Below the pieces are notes generated by a model. The model did no database searches. It had not been told where the DNA came from and saw nothing but the letters and a program-made list of their open reading frames with translations. 26,209 nt of DNA from Gemmatimonadota bacterium (lineage in GTDB: Bacteria; Gemmatimonadota; Gemmatimonadetes; Palauibacterales; Palauibacteraceae), in assembly GCA_041610455.1 (NCBI GenBank), contig JBFIOX010000001.1:1-26209 (forward strand). Reading direction: 5' to 3'. Both the position numbers and the translations under genes were made by a program. This document shows, in pieces, positions 7,590 through 17,126 of the stretch. The stretch's first letter is position 1. Every line of letters begins with the position of its first letter.

Positions 7590-9506
7590 CTACGCGCTCG
7601 ACACTCCGGCGCGCGGTCGGGCCTCGCGTGCGCCGGCGACCTCGGACCGGGCGCTCGCAGACCTCTCGGCGGCCAGCCACAGCTCGAGGACCAGCAGCCG
7701 CCAGATCATGGCGCTGTGATCCCGGCGGCCGCTCCGGTGCTCGCGCACGAGCCTCGCGACCGCCCCGGGGAGGACGAAGTCGTACACGGCGGCCCGCGGC
7801 TCCAGGAGCTGATCGCAGCGCCACGCGAGCGCGTCCTTGAACCAATGACGCAGCGGGACGCCGAACCCCTGCTTGCGTTTCGTCAGGACGAAATCGGGCA
7901 CGAGGTCGGCGATGGCCCGCCGGAAGATCTTCTTGCCGCCACCCTCGCCCCACTTGAACGAGGAGGGGAGGCTGAAGGCGAACTCGGCCAGGTGGTGGTC
8001 GAGCACCGGCACGCGCGCCTCGAGCGAGACGGCCATGCTCATGCGATCGACCTTGGTGAGGATGTCCCCCGGCAGGTAGGAGAATGCGTCCACCAGCGTG
8101 GCCCGCGTCAGGGTCGTCCGACCCTCCGTGGCATCCCACCACCGCGCCAGGAGGTGGTCGAGGTCGCGGCCGGCCTCGGCGAGCTCCGGGCGCGCCACGC
8201 CCCCCTCGGCCTCGCCGAGGGCGGTGGCCACCATGCCCGCGTAACGGCCGGCGGTCGAGCGCGAGAGCTCTAGCAGCCGATTCCGCCCGTAGGCTCCGTG
8301 AGGGAGTCGGCGGGCCGCAAACCGGAGGAGCGCGCGGAGCGGCGCCGGGATGGCGACATCGCGGCGGGACAGCGCCCGGTATCGATCGTATCCGCCGAAC
8401 AGCTCATCGCCGCCGTCGCCGGACAGGACCACGGTCACGTGACGCCGCGCCAACTCCGACACGAGCAAGGTCGGGATCGCCGACGAGTCGGCGAAGGGCT
8501 CGCCGAAGGCACCCGCGACACGTTCGATGAGCGCGTCCACATCGGGACGGACGATGAGCTCGGTGTGCTCCGTGCCGAGGGCTTCCGCGACCCGCCGCGC
8601 GTCGGGGGCCTCGTTGAACTCGCGCTCCTCGAATCCGATCGAGAAGGTCTTGACGGGCCGGTCCATCTGTCGGGCCATCGCGGCCACCACGGCGCTCGAA
8701 TCGATCCCCCCCGAGAGGAAGGCGCCCAGGGGCACGTCGGCCACCAGGCGGTACCGCACCGCCTCGAGGAGCAGTCGGCGGATCTCCTCGGCCGCTTCGG
8801 GCTCCGTCAGGTCGTGCCGCTCCTCGACCAGCGGCGACCAATAGGGGGCCACGGTCGTCGCCCCGTCGCGCTCCCGAACCAACCGGTGCCCCGGCGGGAG
8901 CTTGCGGGCGGCGTCGTAGATCGATGCGGGGTCTGGCACGTACCCCAGCGCCAGGTAATCCGCCATGGCCCCCGCGTCCAAGGCGCGGGGGAAGTCGGGC
9001 AGCGCCCGCAGGGCGCCCAGCTCGGAGGCGAACGCCAACCCCCCGGGCCCGGCATCCCAGTAATAGAGCGGCTTGATGCCGAGCCGGTCGCGCACCAGGA
9101 GGAGCCGCTCGCGCACCTGGTCCCAGATGGCGAACGCGAACATGCCCCTCAGCCGTCGCGTGAGGTCGAGCCCGAACGCTTCGTAGGAGTGCACCAACAC
9201 CTCGGTGTCGCTCCGCGTGCGGAAACGGTGGCCGTCCGCCTCGAGTTCGCTGCGGATCTCCGCGAAGTTGTAGATCTCGCCGTTGAAGACGACGTGCACC
9301 GTGCCGTCCTCGTTCGAGATGGGCTGCGAGCCTCCGGCGAGGTCGATGATGCTGAGACGACGCATGCCCAGGGCCACGCGGTCCCCCACCAAAACGCCGT
9401 CCTCGTCGGGACCCCGGTGGTGGATGGCGACCGTCATGCGCTCGAGCTCCGCGGCGCGGCGCGCCGCATCCCCACGGCGGTCGACGAAGCCGGCGATTCC
9501 GCACAT
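7590..9506 (-). CDS. asnB: Asparagine synthase (glutamine-hydrolysing) family amidotransferase, polysaccharide-cluster type
   Basis: N-terminal MCGIAG (Ntn Cys), RGPD, FNGEIYN, PP-loop SGGIDS, SGDGGDELFGGY. GGAG RBS upstream. Confidence 0.93.
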   Translation of the reverse strand: MCGIAGFVDRRGDAARRAAELERMTVAIHHRGPDEDGVLVGDRVALGMRRLSIIDLAGGSQPISNEDGTVHVVFNGEIYNFAEIRSELEADGHRFRTRSDTEVLVHSYEAFGLDLTRRLRGMFAFAIWDQVRERLLLVRDRLGIKPLYYWDAGPGGLAFASELGALRALPDFPRALDAGAMADYLALGYVPDPASIYDAARKLPPGHRLVRERDGATTVAPYWSPLVEERHDLTEPEAAEEIRRLLLEAVRYRLVADVPLGAFLSGGIDSSAVVAAMARQMDRPVKTFSIGFEEREFNEAPDARRVAEALGTEHTELIVRPDVDALIERVAGAFGEPFADSSAIPTLLVSELARRHVTVVLSGDGGDELFGGYDRYRALSRRDVAIPAPLRALLRFAARRLPHGAYGRNRLLELSRSTAGRYAGMVATALGEAEGGVARPELAEAGRDLDHLLARWWDATEGRTTLTRATLVDAFSYLPGDILTKVDRMSMAVSLEARVPVLDHHLAEFAFSLPSSFKWGEGGGKKIFRRAIADLVPDFVLTKRKQGFGVPLRHWFKDALAWRCDQLLEPRAAVYDFVLPGAVARLVREHRSGRRDHSAMIWRLLVLELWLAAERSASARSEVAGAREARPRAGVSSA

Positions 9507-9525
9507 CAGGCGGCTCCCACGCCGG

Positions 9526-10425
9526 TCATTCGTACCCCCACCGGGCCAGCGTGGGCTGCAAGACCCCGCCCAGCGCGTCGGCCTGCCGAGCCGTCAGATC
9601 GGTTCGCCATCGCGATGCCGGAGCGCGCACCGCGCCGCGGCGCAGGGCCGCCGTGATGGATGCGGAGGCGTCCCACCCGGCGAAGCGCAGAATGTCGTCG
9701 ACGACGCCCGCCGGATTCGCGCACAGATCCTCGTACCGCACGTCGAGCCATCTCTCGCGTCCCACCTCCTCGGCGGCCGCCTCCATCGCCTCGAGGACGC
9801 GGCGCCACTGCATCCCCGCCAGCGCCACGAAGGAGCGCCCGTGCCGGTGCCACTCGGCTTCCTCCCGCGGCGAGAGCGGGCCGAATCGCCAGCCCACCGG
9901 TCCGTACCATCCGCGCCACCAGGGGACGGTGAGCAAGGAGCTGGCCACGTCGCGGCCATCGCGGACCAGGTGGACGAATCTCGCGCCCTCCAATATCGCC
10001 GCCAAGAAACCGGCGCGCGGCCACCCGGTGACCTTGATGAGTGGCGCTGGGCGCGACCGCGTGATCAGCCCGTCAAAATAGCCGTGCAGGCGGTCCCGGA
10101 CCCGGAGCGTGACATCTTCCGCGGTGAGGTCCCGACACGGCTCGGCGAAGCCGCGATAGTGATGGCCCCAGAACGCATAGCATTCGTCCGGTGGCCACTT
10201 GCGGCGGATCAGGACGCCGACCCCGGGCGCGGCGGCGGCCCGCACGACCCGTCGTTGACGCCCGGGCCGCTCGGGCGCGGCATCGCAAACGCGAGACAGC
10301 CACGAGGCGCTTTCGTGCCGCGCGAGCAGGCCGTGGAGGAGGGTCGAGCCGCTGCGCCCCACGCTCACGATCACGAGCGGCGCCCGCCGCTCGTGCTCAC
10401 CCGCGCGCGCCCGACCGGTGACCAC
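9526..10425 (-). CDS. PAPS-dependent sulfotransferase
   Basis: 5'-PSB motif GRSGSTLL, 3'-PB motif HLVRDGRDVASS, C-terminal RYEDL...P and W-x-x-x-L motifs. The start is uncertain: in-frame GTG 10425 is chosen because the ORF-track start (10683) overlaps the upstream gene. Confidence 0.85.
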   Translation of the reverse strand: MVTGRARAGEHERRAPLVIVSVGRSGSTLLHGLLARHESASWLSRVCDAAPERPGRQRRVVRAAAAPGVGVLIRRKWPPDECYAFWGHHYRGFAEPCRDLTAEDVTLRVRDRLHGYFDGLITRSRPAPLIKVTGWPRAGFLAAILEGARFVHLVRDGRDVASSLLTVPWWRGWYGPVGWRFGPLSPREEAEWHRHGRSFVALAGMQWRRVLEAMEAAAEEVGRERWLDVRYEDLCANPAGVVDDILRFAGWDASASITAALRRGAVRAPASRWRTDLTARQADALGGVLQPTLARWGYE

Positions 10426-10501
10426 CGGGGCGCGCTTCAGGGAATGCGGGGAAGCGCCGAGACGGGAACCGGACGGGAGACCGGCTTCCGCCGGTCGGTG
10501 C

Positions 10502-11920
10502 TCACGGAGCGGCCCCGACCGGACGCGACCAGCGCCGTTTCGCCGCGCGAGGGAAGGCAGTGGAAGCGATCGCCTCCCGGGACTCCCTCGACGCGGTCTG
10601 ACGCAGGCCCTCCGCCACGATCCCGAGCGTGGCGAGGTGTAGCCACACGAAGATCTGGTGCGCGTACGAGCCGAAAATGGCAACGACGAAGAACGCGTAG
10701 AGCGAGGCCTCGAGGTATTTCAACCTCGTCGCCTGAGTCGGGAACCTGGCGCCGTAGGCGAGCCGGTACCGCCTGGAGCGCGACAGCGCCATCACGAACG
10801 GGATGAGGAACAGCACGAGTCCCGGATAGCCCGTCTCGGCCAGCACGCGGAGGAAGGTGCTGTGCACATCTCGCCGACCGCCGGCGGTCATGGTCTCGGC
10901 GCTGTAATAGGTGTAAGCGCCGTGCGCCCAGTTGTAGGCCGACATCCCGACGCCGAACACGGGGTGATCGGTGATGATCCTCTGGGCTACGCCCCAGATC
11001 TCCCAGCGCTGGGCCGCGGATCCCATGTCGTTGGCCGCCGTCAGGTCCCGCTCGCGCACCGCGGAGGTGAGATCTCCGAAGCGGGCGAAGGTCCCGGCGG
11101 GCGCGAAAAGCACCGCCGCCGACCCCAGCAGGAACACGCCGACCATGGCGCGGGCCTGCTTGCGGTGGGCGAGCACCGTGAGCATGGCCAGCACGCCGAT
11201 CCCGAGGAACGCGCCCCGCGACTGCGTGAGGAGCACGACGAAGGGCATCACGGCCACCGAGGCGATGGCCCCCCGGCGGACCCAAAGGTTCGCGTCCTTG
11301 AGGAGTCCCGCGGCGATGCCCAGGGGGAGAAAGGTGAGGGCCGCCATGTCGTTCGGGTTGCCCCAGGCGCCGTTCCACACCACGCGGCTCGTGTTCTGGT
11401 AGGTGTAGCCGTACACGAACGTGTTGAAGAGAGCGCCGCGGATCGGGTGCGTGGCGTACAACAGGAGGAGGAACACCAGGAAGAACCGGATGCGCGCCTG
11501 GCTGGTCAGCACGTTGGCCGCCACCAGGCAGATGAGCCACAGCTTGCCGAACTCGAGGAAGCCTTCCTCCCACGCGATCGTCCGAAAGTCGCTCTGCGTG
11601 TAGCTGGCCGCGCCCCACAACACGAACGCGGCGAAGCCCACCAGCCAGAACGGAAGCCGCGGGCGCCGCTTCTCGAGGATCAGTCCGCCGAGGGCGACAC
11701 CGATCGCGATGGAGGCGCCCGGGAACCGATACGTGATGACGATGACGAGGTAGACCAGAAACGCGATGTAGGACAGGCTCCAGTCCACATCCCGGTAGAT
11801 GCGCTTCAGGCTCGAGGCCGGCAGTCGGGGCGATCCCCCCCGGGCCGGCCGCATGGCCGAAGGCCTCCAGGGAGCGGCCGGCGCGAGCGAGCGGGGCGGG
11901 ACACGCGGCGACATGGTCAC
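10502..11920 (-). CDS. O-antigen ligase / Wzy polymerase family membrane protein
   Basis: Multi-TM protein with GNPND, TQSRGAFL, the periplasmic R-x-x-x-W...P-x-F-G-V-G motif and H-S-T-F-L. The GTG start overlaps the upstream TGA (GTGA). Confidence 0.88.
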   Translation of the reverse strand: MTMSPRVPPRSLAPAAPWRPSAMRPARGGSPRLPASSLKRIYRDVDWSLSYIAFLVYLVIVITYRFPGASIAIGVALGGLILEKRRPRLPFWLVGFAAFVLWGAASYTQSDFRTIAWEEGFLEFGKLWLICLVAANVLTSQARIRFFLVFLLLLYATHPIRGALFNTFVYGYTYQNTSRVVWNGAWGNPNDMAALTFLPLGIAAGLLKDANLWVRRGAIASVAVMPFVVLLTQSRGAFLGIGVLAMLTVLAHRKQARAMVGVFLLGSAAVLFAPAGTFARFGDLTSAVRERDLTAANDMGSAAQRWEIWGVAQRIITDHPVFGVGMSAYNWAHGAYTYYSAETMTAGGRRDVHSTFLRVLAETGYPGLVLFLIPFVMALSRSRRYRLAYGARFPTQATRLKYLEASLYAFFVVAIFGSYAHQIFVWLHLATLGIVAEGLRQTASRESREAIASTAFPRAAKRRWSRPVGAAP

Positions 11921-13083
11921 GCCGCGTTCGCCGCGGCCGCGCCCGGCTTGGCGCCGGCGAAGCCGATGAGGTCCGCGTAGACGCGCTCGAGCGCGCCGAT
12001 CGCCGCGTCGGCCGAGTAATCGCTCCGCGCGCGGCGCAGTCCCGCTCCGCCGAGCCGGCGGGCCTCTCCCGGGTGCGACAGCAAGCGGTCCAGCGCCGCC
12101 GCCAGCGCCGCGTCGTCACCCACCGGTACGAGCAGCCCGGTCCCGGCGTGCGTGACGCAATCCGGATTGCCCCCCACGTCGGTCGCCACCACCGGTCTCC
12201 CCGCCGCCATGGCCTCGAGGATCGAGTTGGACAGCGCCTCGGTGCGCGAGCAGAGCACGGACACGTCGAACAAGTGGTGCCAGTTTCCCTCGTCCCGGCG
12301 CAGGCCCACCAGGTGGACCCGATCCCCGAGCCCCAGCTCGGCGCGCTGGGCTTCGATCTGGGTCCGGCACGTGCCTTCGCCCACCAGGATCAGGTGCGCG
12401 TCGGGGTGGGTGTCCGCAAGGCGCCGCATGGCGCGGAGCAACGTGGCGTGGTCCTTCTCGGGGCGGAGCTGCGCCACGATGCCGATCACGGGCGCGCCGG
12501 CCGGGATGTTCAGCTCCTCCCGTACGCGCCGTTCCAGACCGACGCCCGGCGGCCGGAAGCTGTCCTCATCGAGGAAGTTGGGGACGATGCGCACCTTGTG
12601 GCGCCTGGCGCCCTCCCGCACGACGAGCGCGGCCACGGCCTGCGAGTTGGTGACGATGGCGTGCGCCACCCGCGCGACCCACCGGTTGGCCACGGCGTGC
12701 GCCGGCGTGGGGGGCTCTTTCCACCAGCGGCGGCTCGCGATGACCGCGGAGACCCCGGCCAACCGAGCCCACGGCACCCCGAACACGTTCCCGTAGGTGT
12801 CGTGGGCGTGAAAGACGTCCACCCGGCGGGCCCGCAGGTGTCGCGCGAGCCACCAGCCCCGGCTCAGCGCGTCGGCGCTCCTCAGGCTGCGGACGTCGAG
12901 CCGGCGCACGGGGATTCCGCATGCCTCGTAGCGGCGGGCGAGCGGCTCGTAGTCGTTGAACGAGAGGACCTCGATGTCGTACCGCGCCGGATCGAGGCGC
13001 TCCGCGGTTCGCACGGCGTTGAGCTCGGACCCGCCGATCCCTCCGTTGTCCAGGCAGAAGGCTAGGCGAATCCGTCGGCTCAA
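11917..13083 (-). CDS. Glycosyltransferase family 4 (GT-B)
   Basis: N-terminal GGSE, HAH motif, K-D-H, and the C-terminal EALSNSILEAMAAGRPVVATDVGG (E-x7-E). The TTG start overlaps the wzc stop (TTGA). Confidence 0.93.
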   Translation of the reverse strand: MSRRIRLAFCLDNGGIGGSELNAVRTAERLDPARYDIEVLSFNDYEPLARRYEACGIPVRRLDVRSLRSADALSRGWWLARHLRARRVDVFHAHDTYGNVFGVPWARLAGVSAVIASRRWWKEPPTPAHAVANRWVARVAHAIVTNSQAVAALVVREGARRHKVRIVPNFLDEDSFRPPGVGLERRVREELNIPAGAPVIGIVAQLRPEKDHATLLRAMRRLADTHPDAHLILVGEGTCRTQIEAQRAELGLGDRVHLVGLRRDEGNWHHLFDVSVLCSRTEALSNSILEAMAAGRPVVATDVGGNPDCVTHAGTGLLVPVGDDAALAAALDRLLSHPGEARRLGGAGLRRARSDYSADAAIGALERVYADLIGFAGAKPGAAAANAA

Positions 13084-15437
13084 GAGGTCTCGGCTTCCGC
13101 GTAGTAGTAGTAGTTCACGTACTGCTCGTAGTACGGCGCGTGCTCGGGCACGGCGTTCAACACCGCGCCCACGATGGGAAGGTCGACGTTGCCGAGCATC
13201 TCCAGCCGGCTGCGCGCCATGCCCTCCGATGTGGCGCCGGCGCGAAACACCATCACGACCTGGTCGCAGCGCTGCCCCAGGATGAGAGTGTCTGCCCCCG
13301 CCGCGAGGGGGGGGCCGTCGAGCACCACGACGTCGTAGCGCTCTCGCGCGTCGTCGAGGAACTGGTCGAGCTGCGTTCCCCCGATCAACTCGGCATCTCG
13401 CGACAGGGCACCCGAGCAGAGGATGTCCAGATTGGGGGTCTTGTGGGTCCGCACCACGTCCTCGAACGGCGCCCTGCCGGCCAGCAACTCGGTGAGGCCG
13501 GGCGAGCGCGGGAAGTCGAAGACCGTGTGCAGACGGCCGCGCCGCACGTCCGCGTCGACGAGCAGCGTTCGCAGGCCGGAGGAGGCGTACGAGATGGCCA
13601 GGTTCGCCGCCACCACCGACTTGCCCTCCCGGGGCGTCGAGCTCGTGATGAGCACCCGGCCGCCCGCGCCGCCGTGGGCGTGGGAGAGCTGCGTGCGGAT
13701 CGAGCGGAACGACTCGACGGCCACCGCGGCCGTCGCCTTGCTCGTCTTGGGCGCCTTCAGCTGGGGCACCACGCCCAGCAGGGGCAGCCCGAACTTGCCC
13801 GAGATGTCGTCGGGGTGGCGAATGCGCCGATCCATCCGGTCGCGCACCATCACGACGCCGACCGAGAGGCCGAGGCCGACCAGGGAGCCCAGCATGATGT
13901 AGAACGGGGGCAGCGTCTGCGGTACGGGGCCGCTGGGGGTGAAGGCCGAGTCCAACGGTTGAATGTTGGACATGGCCGTCTCTTCCATGAGCCGCGCCGC
14001 GTTGCGGCGCCCGAGCAGCGTGTTGTGCAGCTGTTCGGCCAACATGAATTGGCGCTCGAGGCGCGTCTGCTCGATGGTGCGGACGGGGATCTCCTGCAGC
14101 TCCTGCGCCCGCTCGCCGATCTGCCGGTCGAGCATGCCGGCCCGATTGCGCAGATCCGCCTGCAGCTCGCGGATCAGACCGGGCAGCTGCACCTCGTGCA
14201 CGTCACGGATCTGGGCCGTGATGGCCCGCACGTCGGGGTGGTCGCTCGTGTACGTGTAGAGCAGGGTCTGAAGCTGCAGGTCGAGCGAGTCGAGGTTGGC
14301 GATCGTCGCTCCGAGCGCGGGCGAGTTCGCGATCGAGGGCACCAGTCGCAGCCTCAGGACGTTGAGCTTCCCACCCTGGGTGCGGGCCGAGAGAATGGCG
14401 TCGAGCTCGGCCAGGTCGTTCTGGATCTGGTCGAGATCGGTCTGCTGCTGGAAGAACGTCTGGAAGAACGGATCGGGCGCCACGACGCCGCTCGGAAGCT
14501 GCCTCATCTGCGGCTCCCCCGGCTTCGTGATGGCGTCGACCTTGAATCGCTCCAGCGCCAGCTCCGCGGCCCGCAGCTCGCCCGCAGCCATCTCGGTCTG
14601 ACGGTCGAGAATCTCGACCTCCTCGTGAATTCGGCCGTTGGTCAGTCGCGTGGCCGTATCGAGGAAGCTCTCGACCAGGGCGTTGTGGAGGGCGGCTCCC
14701 TCTGCCGCATCGTGCCACACGAACTCCGTGAAGATCATGTTCGCGAGGTCCTCGAGCCGCACGGCGAGCGCGGCCCGCAGCGCGCCGGTGGCCGAGATGG
14801 GCGCGCTCACCTGGAACACGAGGTCTTCATCGAGCGCGCGCAGCTGCGCCGCGTCGGGTATCCAGTGGAAGCCCCGGGTGGCGCCGATCCCGTCGGTAAG
14901 CACCCCTTCCTCGACGAGCGCCTCCGCGTCGTCCTCGACCGCGAAGAGCTGGTATCGGTCGCCCTCCGCCAGCGCCAGCCGGTACACGCCGGGCAGCAAG
15001 TCGCCTCCGACCTGCAGCCCGCGGAGGATCGTGGCGGGCCCCTCGGGCGCCAGGCGCTGGACGTGCAGCCCGAACTCCCGGACCACCGGCTCCAACACCG
15101 CGTTGCTCAGGAACACGCCGACCCATCCCTGGCCCTGCAGCACCTGCCCGGCGCGAATCGGCCCCTGCTGCGCGTTGGGCCGCTCGAGCCACACGGATGC
15201 GCTCGTCCGATACATCGGCTGCGTCGTGCGCGAGTACGCGAACCCCAGCGACCCGCCGATGACCATGGCCAGCACGATGAGCCACAGCTTGTCGCGCAGC
15301 GCCGAAAGCAAGCGTCCCCACTCGGCCGATCCGGGATCGGCCGGCGCCGGGACGTATTGATACCGACCGACGGACTGGAGCTCCCCCTGCGCGTCGTCGT
15401 ACTGGACCGGTAGTGTGTCTCCCCGCTGATCGCTCAC
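13080..15437 (-). CDS. wzc: Wzc-type polysaccharide co-polymerase / BY-kinase
   Basis: Two TM helices around a coiled-coil periplasmic region. Walker A STPREGKS, A' LLVDAD, B VVLDGPP, and a C-terminal Tyr cluster YYEQYVNYYYY. GTG start at 15437 has a GAGG RBS and lies downstream of a sigma54 motif, so the ORF-track start at 15818 is too long. Confidence 0.92.
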   Translation of the reverse strand: MSDQRGDTLPVQYDDAQGELQSVGRYQYVPAPADPGSAEWGRLLSALRDKLWLIVLAMVIGGSLGFAYSRTTQPMYRTSASVWLERPNAQQGPIRAGQVLQGQGWVGVFLSNAVLEPVVREFGLHVQRLAPEGPATILRGLQVGGDLLPGVYRLALAEGDRYQLFAVEDDAEALVEEGVLTDGIGATRGFHWIPDAAQLRALDEDLVFQVSAPISATGALRAALAVRLEDLANMIFTEFVWHDAAEGAALHNALVESFLDTATRLTNGRIHEEVEILDRQTEMAAGELRAAELALERFKVDAITKPGEPQMRQLPSGVVAPDPFFQTFFQQQTDLDQIQNDLAELDAILSARTQGGKLNVLRLRLVPSIANSPALGATIANLDSLDLQLQTLLYTYTSDHPDVRAITAQIRDVHEVQLPGLIRELQADLRNRAGMLDRQIGERAQELQEIPVRTIEQTRLERQFMLAEQLHNTLLGRRNAARLMEETAMSNIQPLDSAFTPSGPVPQTLPPFYIMLGSLVGLGLSVGVVMVRDRMDRRIRHPDDISGKFGLPLLGVVPQLKAPKTSKATAAVAVESFRSIRTQLSHAHGGAGGRVLITSSTPREGKSVVAANLAISYASSGLRTLLVDADVRRGRLHTVFDFPRSPGLTELLAGRAPFEDVVRTHKTPNLDILCSGALSRDAELIGGTQLDQFLDDARERYDVVVLDGPPLAAGADTLILGQRCDQVVMVFRAGATSEGMARSRLEMLGNVDLPIVGAVLNAVPEHAPYYEQYVNYYYYAEAETS

Positions 15438-15502
15438 GAATCCCTCGACCTTGAACCCTTCCGTGGACCGGCGTCCGTTTCCCCGTGAACGCCGGACCCT
15501 GG

Positions 15503-15518
15503 AGCAATTATGGTGCCG
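15503..15518 (-). promoter_or_regulatory. sigma54 (-24/-12) promoter of the wzc operon
   Basis: Minus strand reads CGGCAC-CATAA-TTGCT, essentially the YGGCAC-N5-TTGCW consensus, 65 nt upstream of the wzc GTG. Confidence 0.78.
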
Positions 15519-15805
15519 GTGCAAGACACCCGATAACCCGCTTCCGCAAAGGGGTTTCGGGCTAGTCGAGCGGTGCGGCCGGTGTGCCCCGCGAAGCGCG
15601 TGTGGGGCCGACGCGACACGAGACCCCCGCCCCTGGTCCCCGCTCGCCGTGCGGCGGTACCCCGCGGCCGCGAGTTTGCGCCCCAGAAAGGTGCGGCGGG
15701 CAGGTCCCGGACGCCAATCGGCGGGCCGGCCCGTGCCTTGAACCGTCCCTGCGCGCGGGCGGGACGATAAGGGAACCGAGGGACTCGGGAGATCACGCGG
15801 AAGCC

Positions 15806-16894
15806 ATGCACATCGCACACGTGGTAGGCGCCAGGCCGAACTTCATGAAGATCGCGCCGGTCATGCGTGCCCTGGATGGCCGTGCGGGCTTACGCCAGAC
15901 CCTGATCCACACCGGGCAGCACTACGATGATGCCCTCTCCCGTCAGTTCTTCGAGCAGCTCGAGATCCCGGCCGCGGACGCCGATCTCGGCGTCGGATCG
16001 GGCGAGCAGGTGGAGCAACTGGCGCGCATGATGATGGCGCTCGCCCCGGTGCTGGCGGATCTCCGCCCGGACATCGTCCTCACCGTGGGGGACGTCAACT
16101 CCACCCTGGCCGCGGCCCTGGTCGCTTCCCGGCTGGGACTTCGCCTGGCGCACGTCGAGGCCGGCCTCCGGAGCCGCGATTGGACCATGCCGGAGGAGGT
16201 GAATCGCGTACTCACCGATCGGCTCAGCGACGTGCTGGTCACCACGGAGCCCTCCGCGCTGGAAAACCTGCTGGCCGAGGGCATCGACCGGCACAGGATC
16301 CACGCGGTCGGGAACGTGATGATCGACACGCTCGATCGATTCTACCCCAAGGCGAAGGCGCTGCGCGTGGCCGACTCCATCGGCGTGGCGCCGGGCGGAT
16401 ACGTCCTCGTGACGCTGCACCGGCCGCGCAACGTGGACGATCCGTCGCGGCTCTCGGCCTGGCTCGCGGCGCTCGCCCGGATTCCCGAGGTCTGCGGGGT
16501 CCCCGTCGTCTTCCCCGTGCACCCCCGCACCCGTGCCCGCATCGCGACGGCCGGTCTCGAGCCGGTGCTGGACGGCCTCGTCACCCTGCCGCCGCTCGGC
16601 TATCTGTCGTTCGTGAGCCTGCTGGACGAGTGCGCGACCGTCGTGACCGATTCGGGGGGGGTGCAGGAGGAGGCCACCGTGCTGGGCGTGCCCTGCCTGA
16701 CGGTGCGGCCCACCACCGAGCGCCCCATCACGGTTCGCGAGGGCACCAACCGACTGTTCGTGGATCCGCCGGATCGGCTCCCCGCCGCGGTCGAGGCGGC
16801 CCTCTCTCGACCGCGGCGACCCCATCGGCCGGAAGGGTGGGACGGACACGCCGCCGAGCGCATCGCGCGGGCGCTGGTCGGATCCGAGCCCTAG
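15806..16894 (+). CDS. wecB: UDP-N-acetylglucosamine 2-epimerase (non-hydrolysing)
   Basis: GARPNFMK, HTGQH, GDVNS, HVEAGLRS, PEExNR, TLHRP, DSGGxQEE motifs. ATG at 15806. Confidence 0.93.
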   Translation: MHIAHVVGARPNFMKIAPVMRALDGRAGLRQTLIHTGQHYDDALSRQFFEQLEIPAADADLGVGSGEQVEQLARMMMALAPVLADLRPDIVLTVGDVNSTLAAALVASRLGLRLAHVEAGLRSRDWTMPEEVNRVLTDRLSDVLVTTEPSALENLLAEGIDRHRIHAVGNVMIDTLDRFYPKAKALRVADSIGVAPGGYVLVTLHRPRNVDDPSRLSAWLAALARIPEVCGVPVVFPVHPRTRARIATAGLEPVLDGLVTLPPLGYLSFVSLLDECATVVTDSGGVQEEATVLGVPCLTVRPTTERPITVREGTNRLFVDPPDRLPAAVEAALSRPRRPHRPEGWDGHAAERIARALVGSEP

Positions 16895-17097
16895 GCGGCG
16901 CGTGGGTGGCCCACCTGCAACGCCCCCGTCGTGTCGACTCAGCATCCCGGCGTCACACAGGCACCCTGCACCCCCTCTTTCGGCCTCCGACGACACCCTC
17001 GGGCCAGCCGGGCGTAGAAGGCGCGCGACACCCGCCCTCGATGCGCTCCCGCGGGGTTGGACCCCGACCGACGATCGTCCCCTAATCGGCGCAGTTC

Positions 17098-17126
17098 TTG
17101 AACTTCTGCGTGTATCGCGGTACGAT
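17098..17126 (+). promoter_or_regulatory. Candidate sigma70-type promoter upstream of the NtrC-family regulator
   Basis: TTGAAC (17098-17103)-N17-TACGAT (17121-17126). Confidence 0.5.

Noticed and set aside
15438-15805. JUMPStart/ops element upstream of the polysaccharide operon
   Set aside because: No GGCGGTAG ops in the transcribed leader on the minus strand; GGCGGTAC at ~15654 is on the other strand and imperfect.
15438-15818. N-terminal extension of Wzc given by the ORF track (similar extensions for wecB, the regulator, the kinase, the acyltransferase, mltD and PHP)
   Set aside because: Low-complexity sequence that covers promoter motifs or overlaps neighbours; downstream starts with RBS fit family lengths better.
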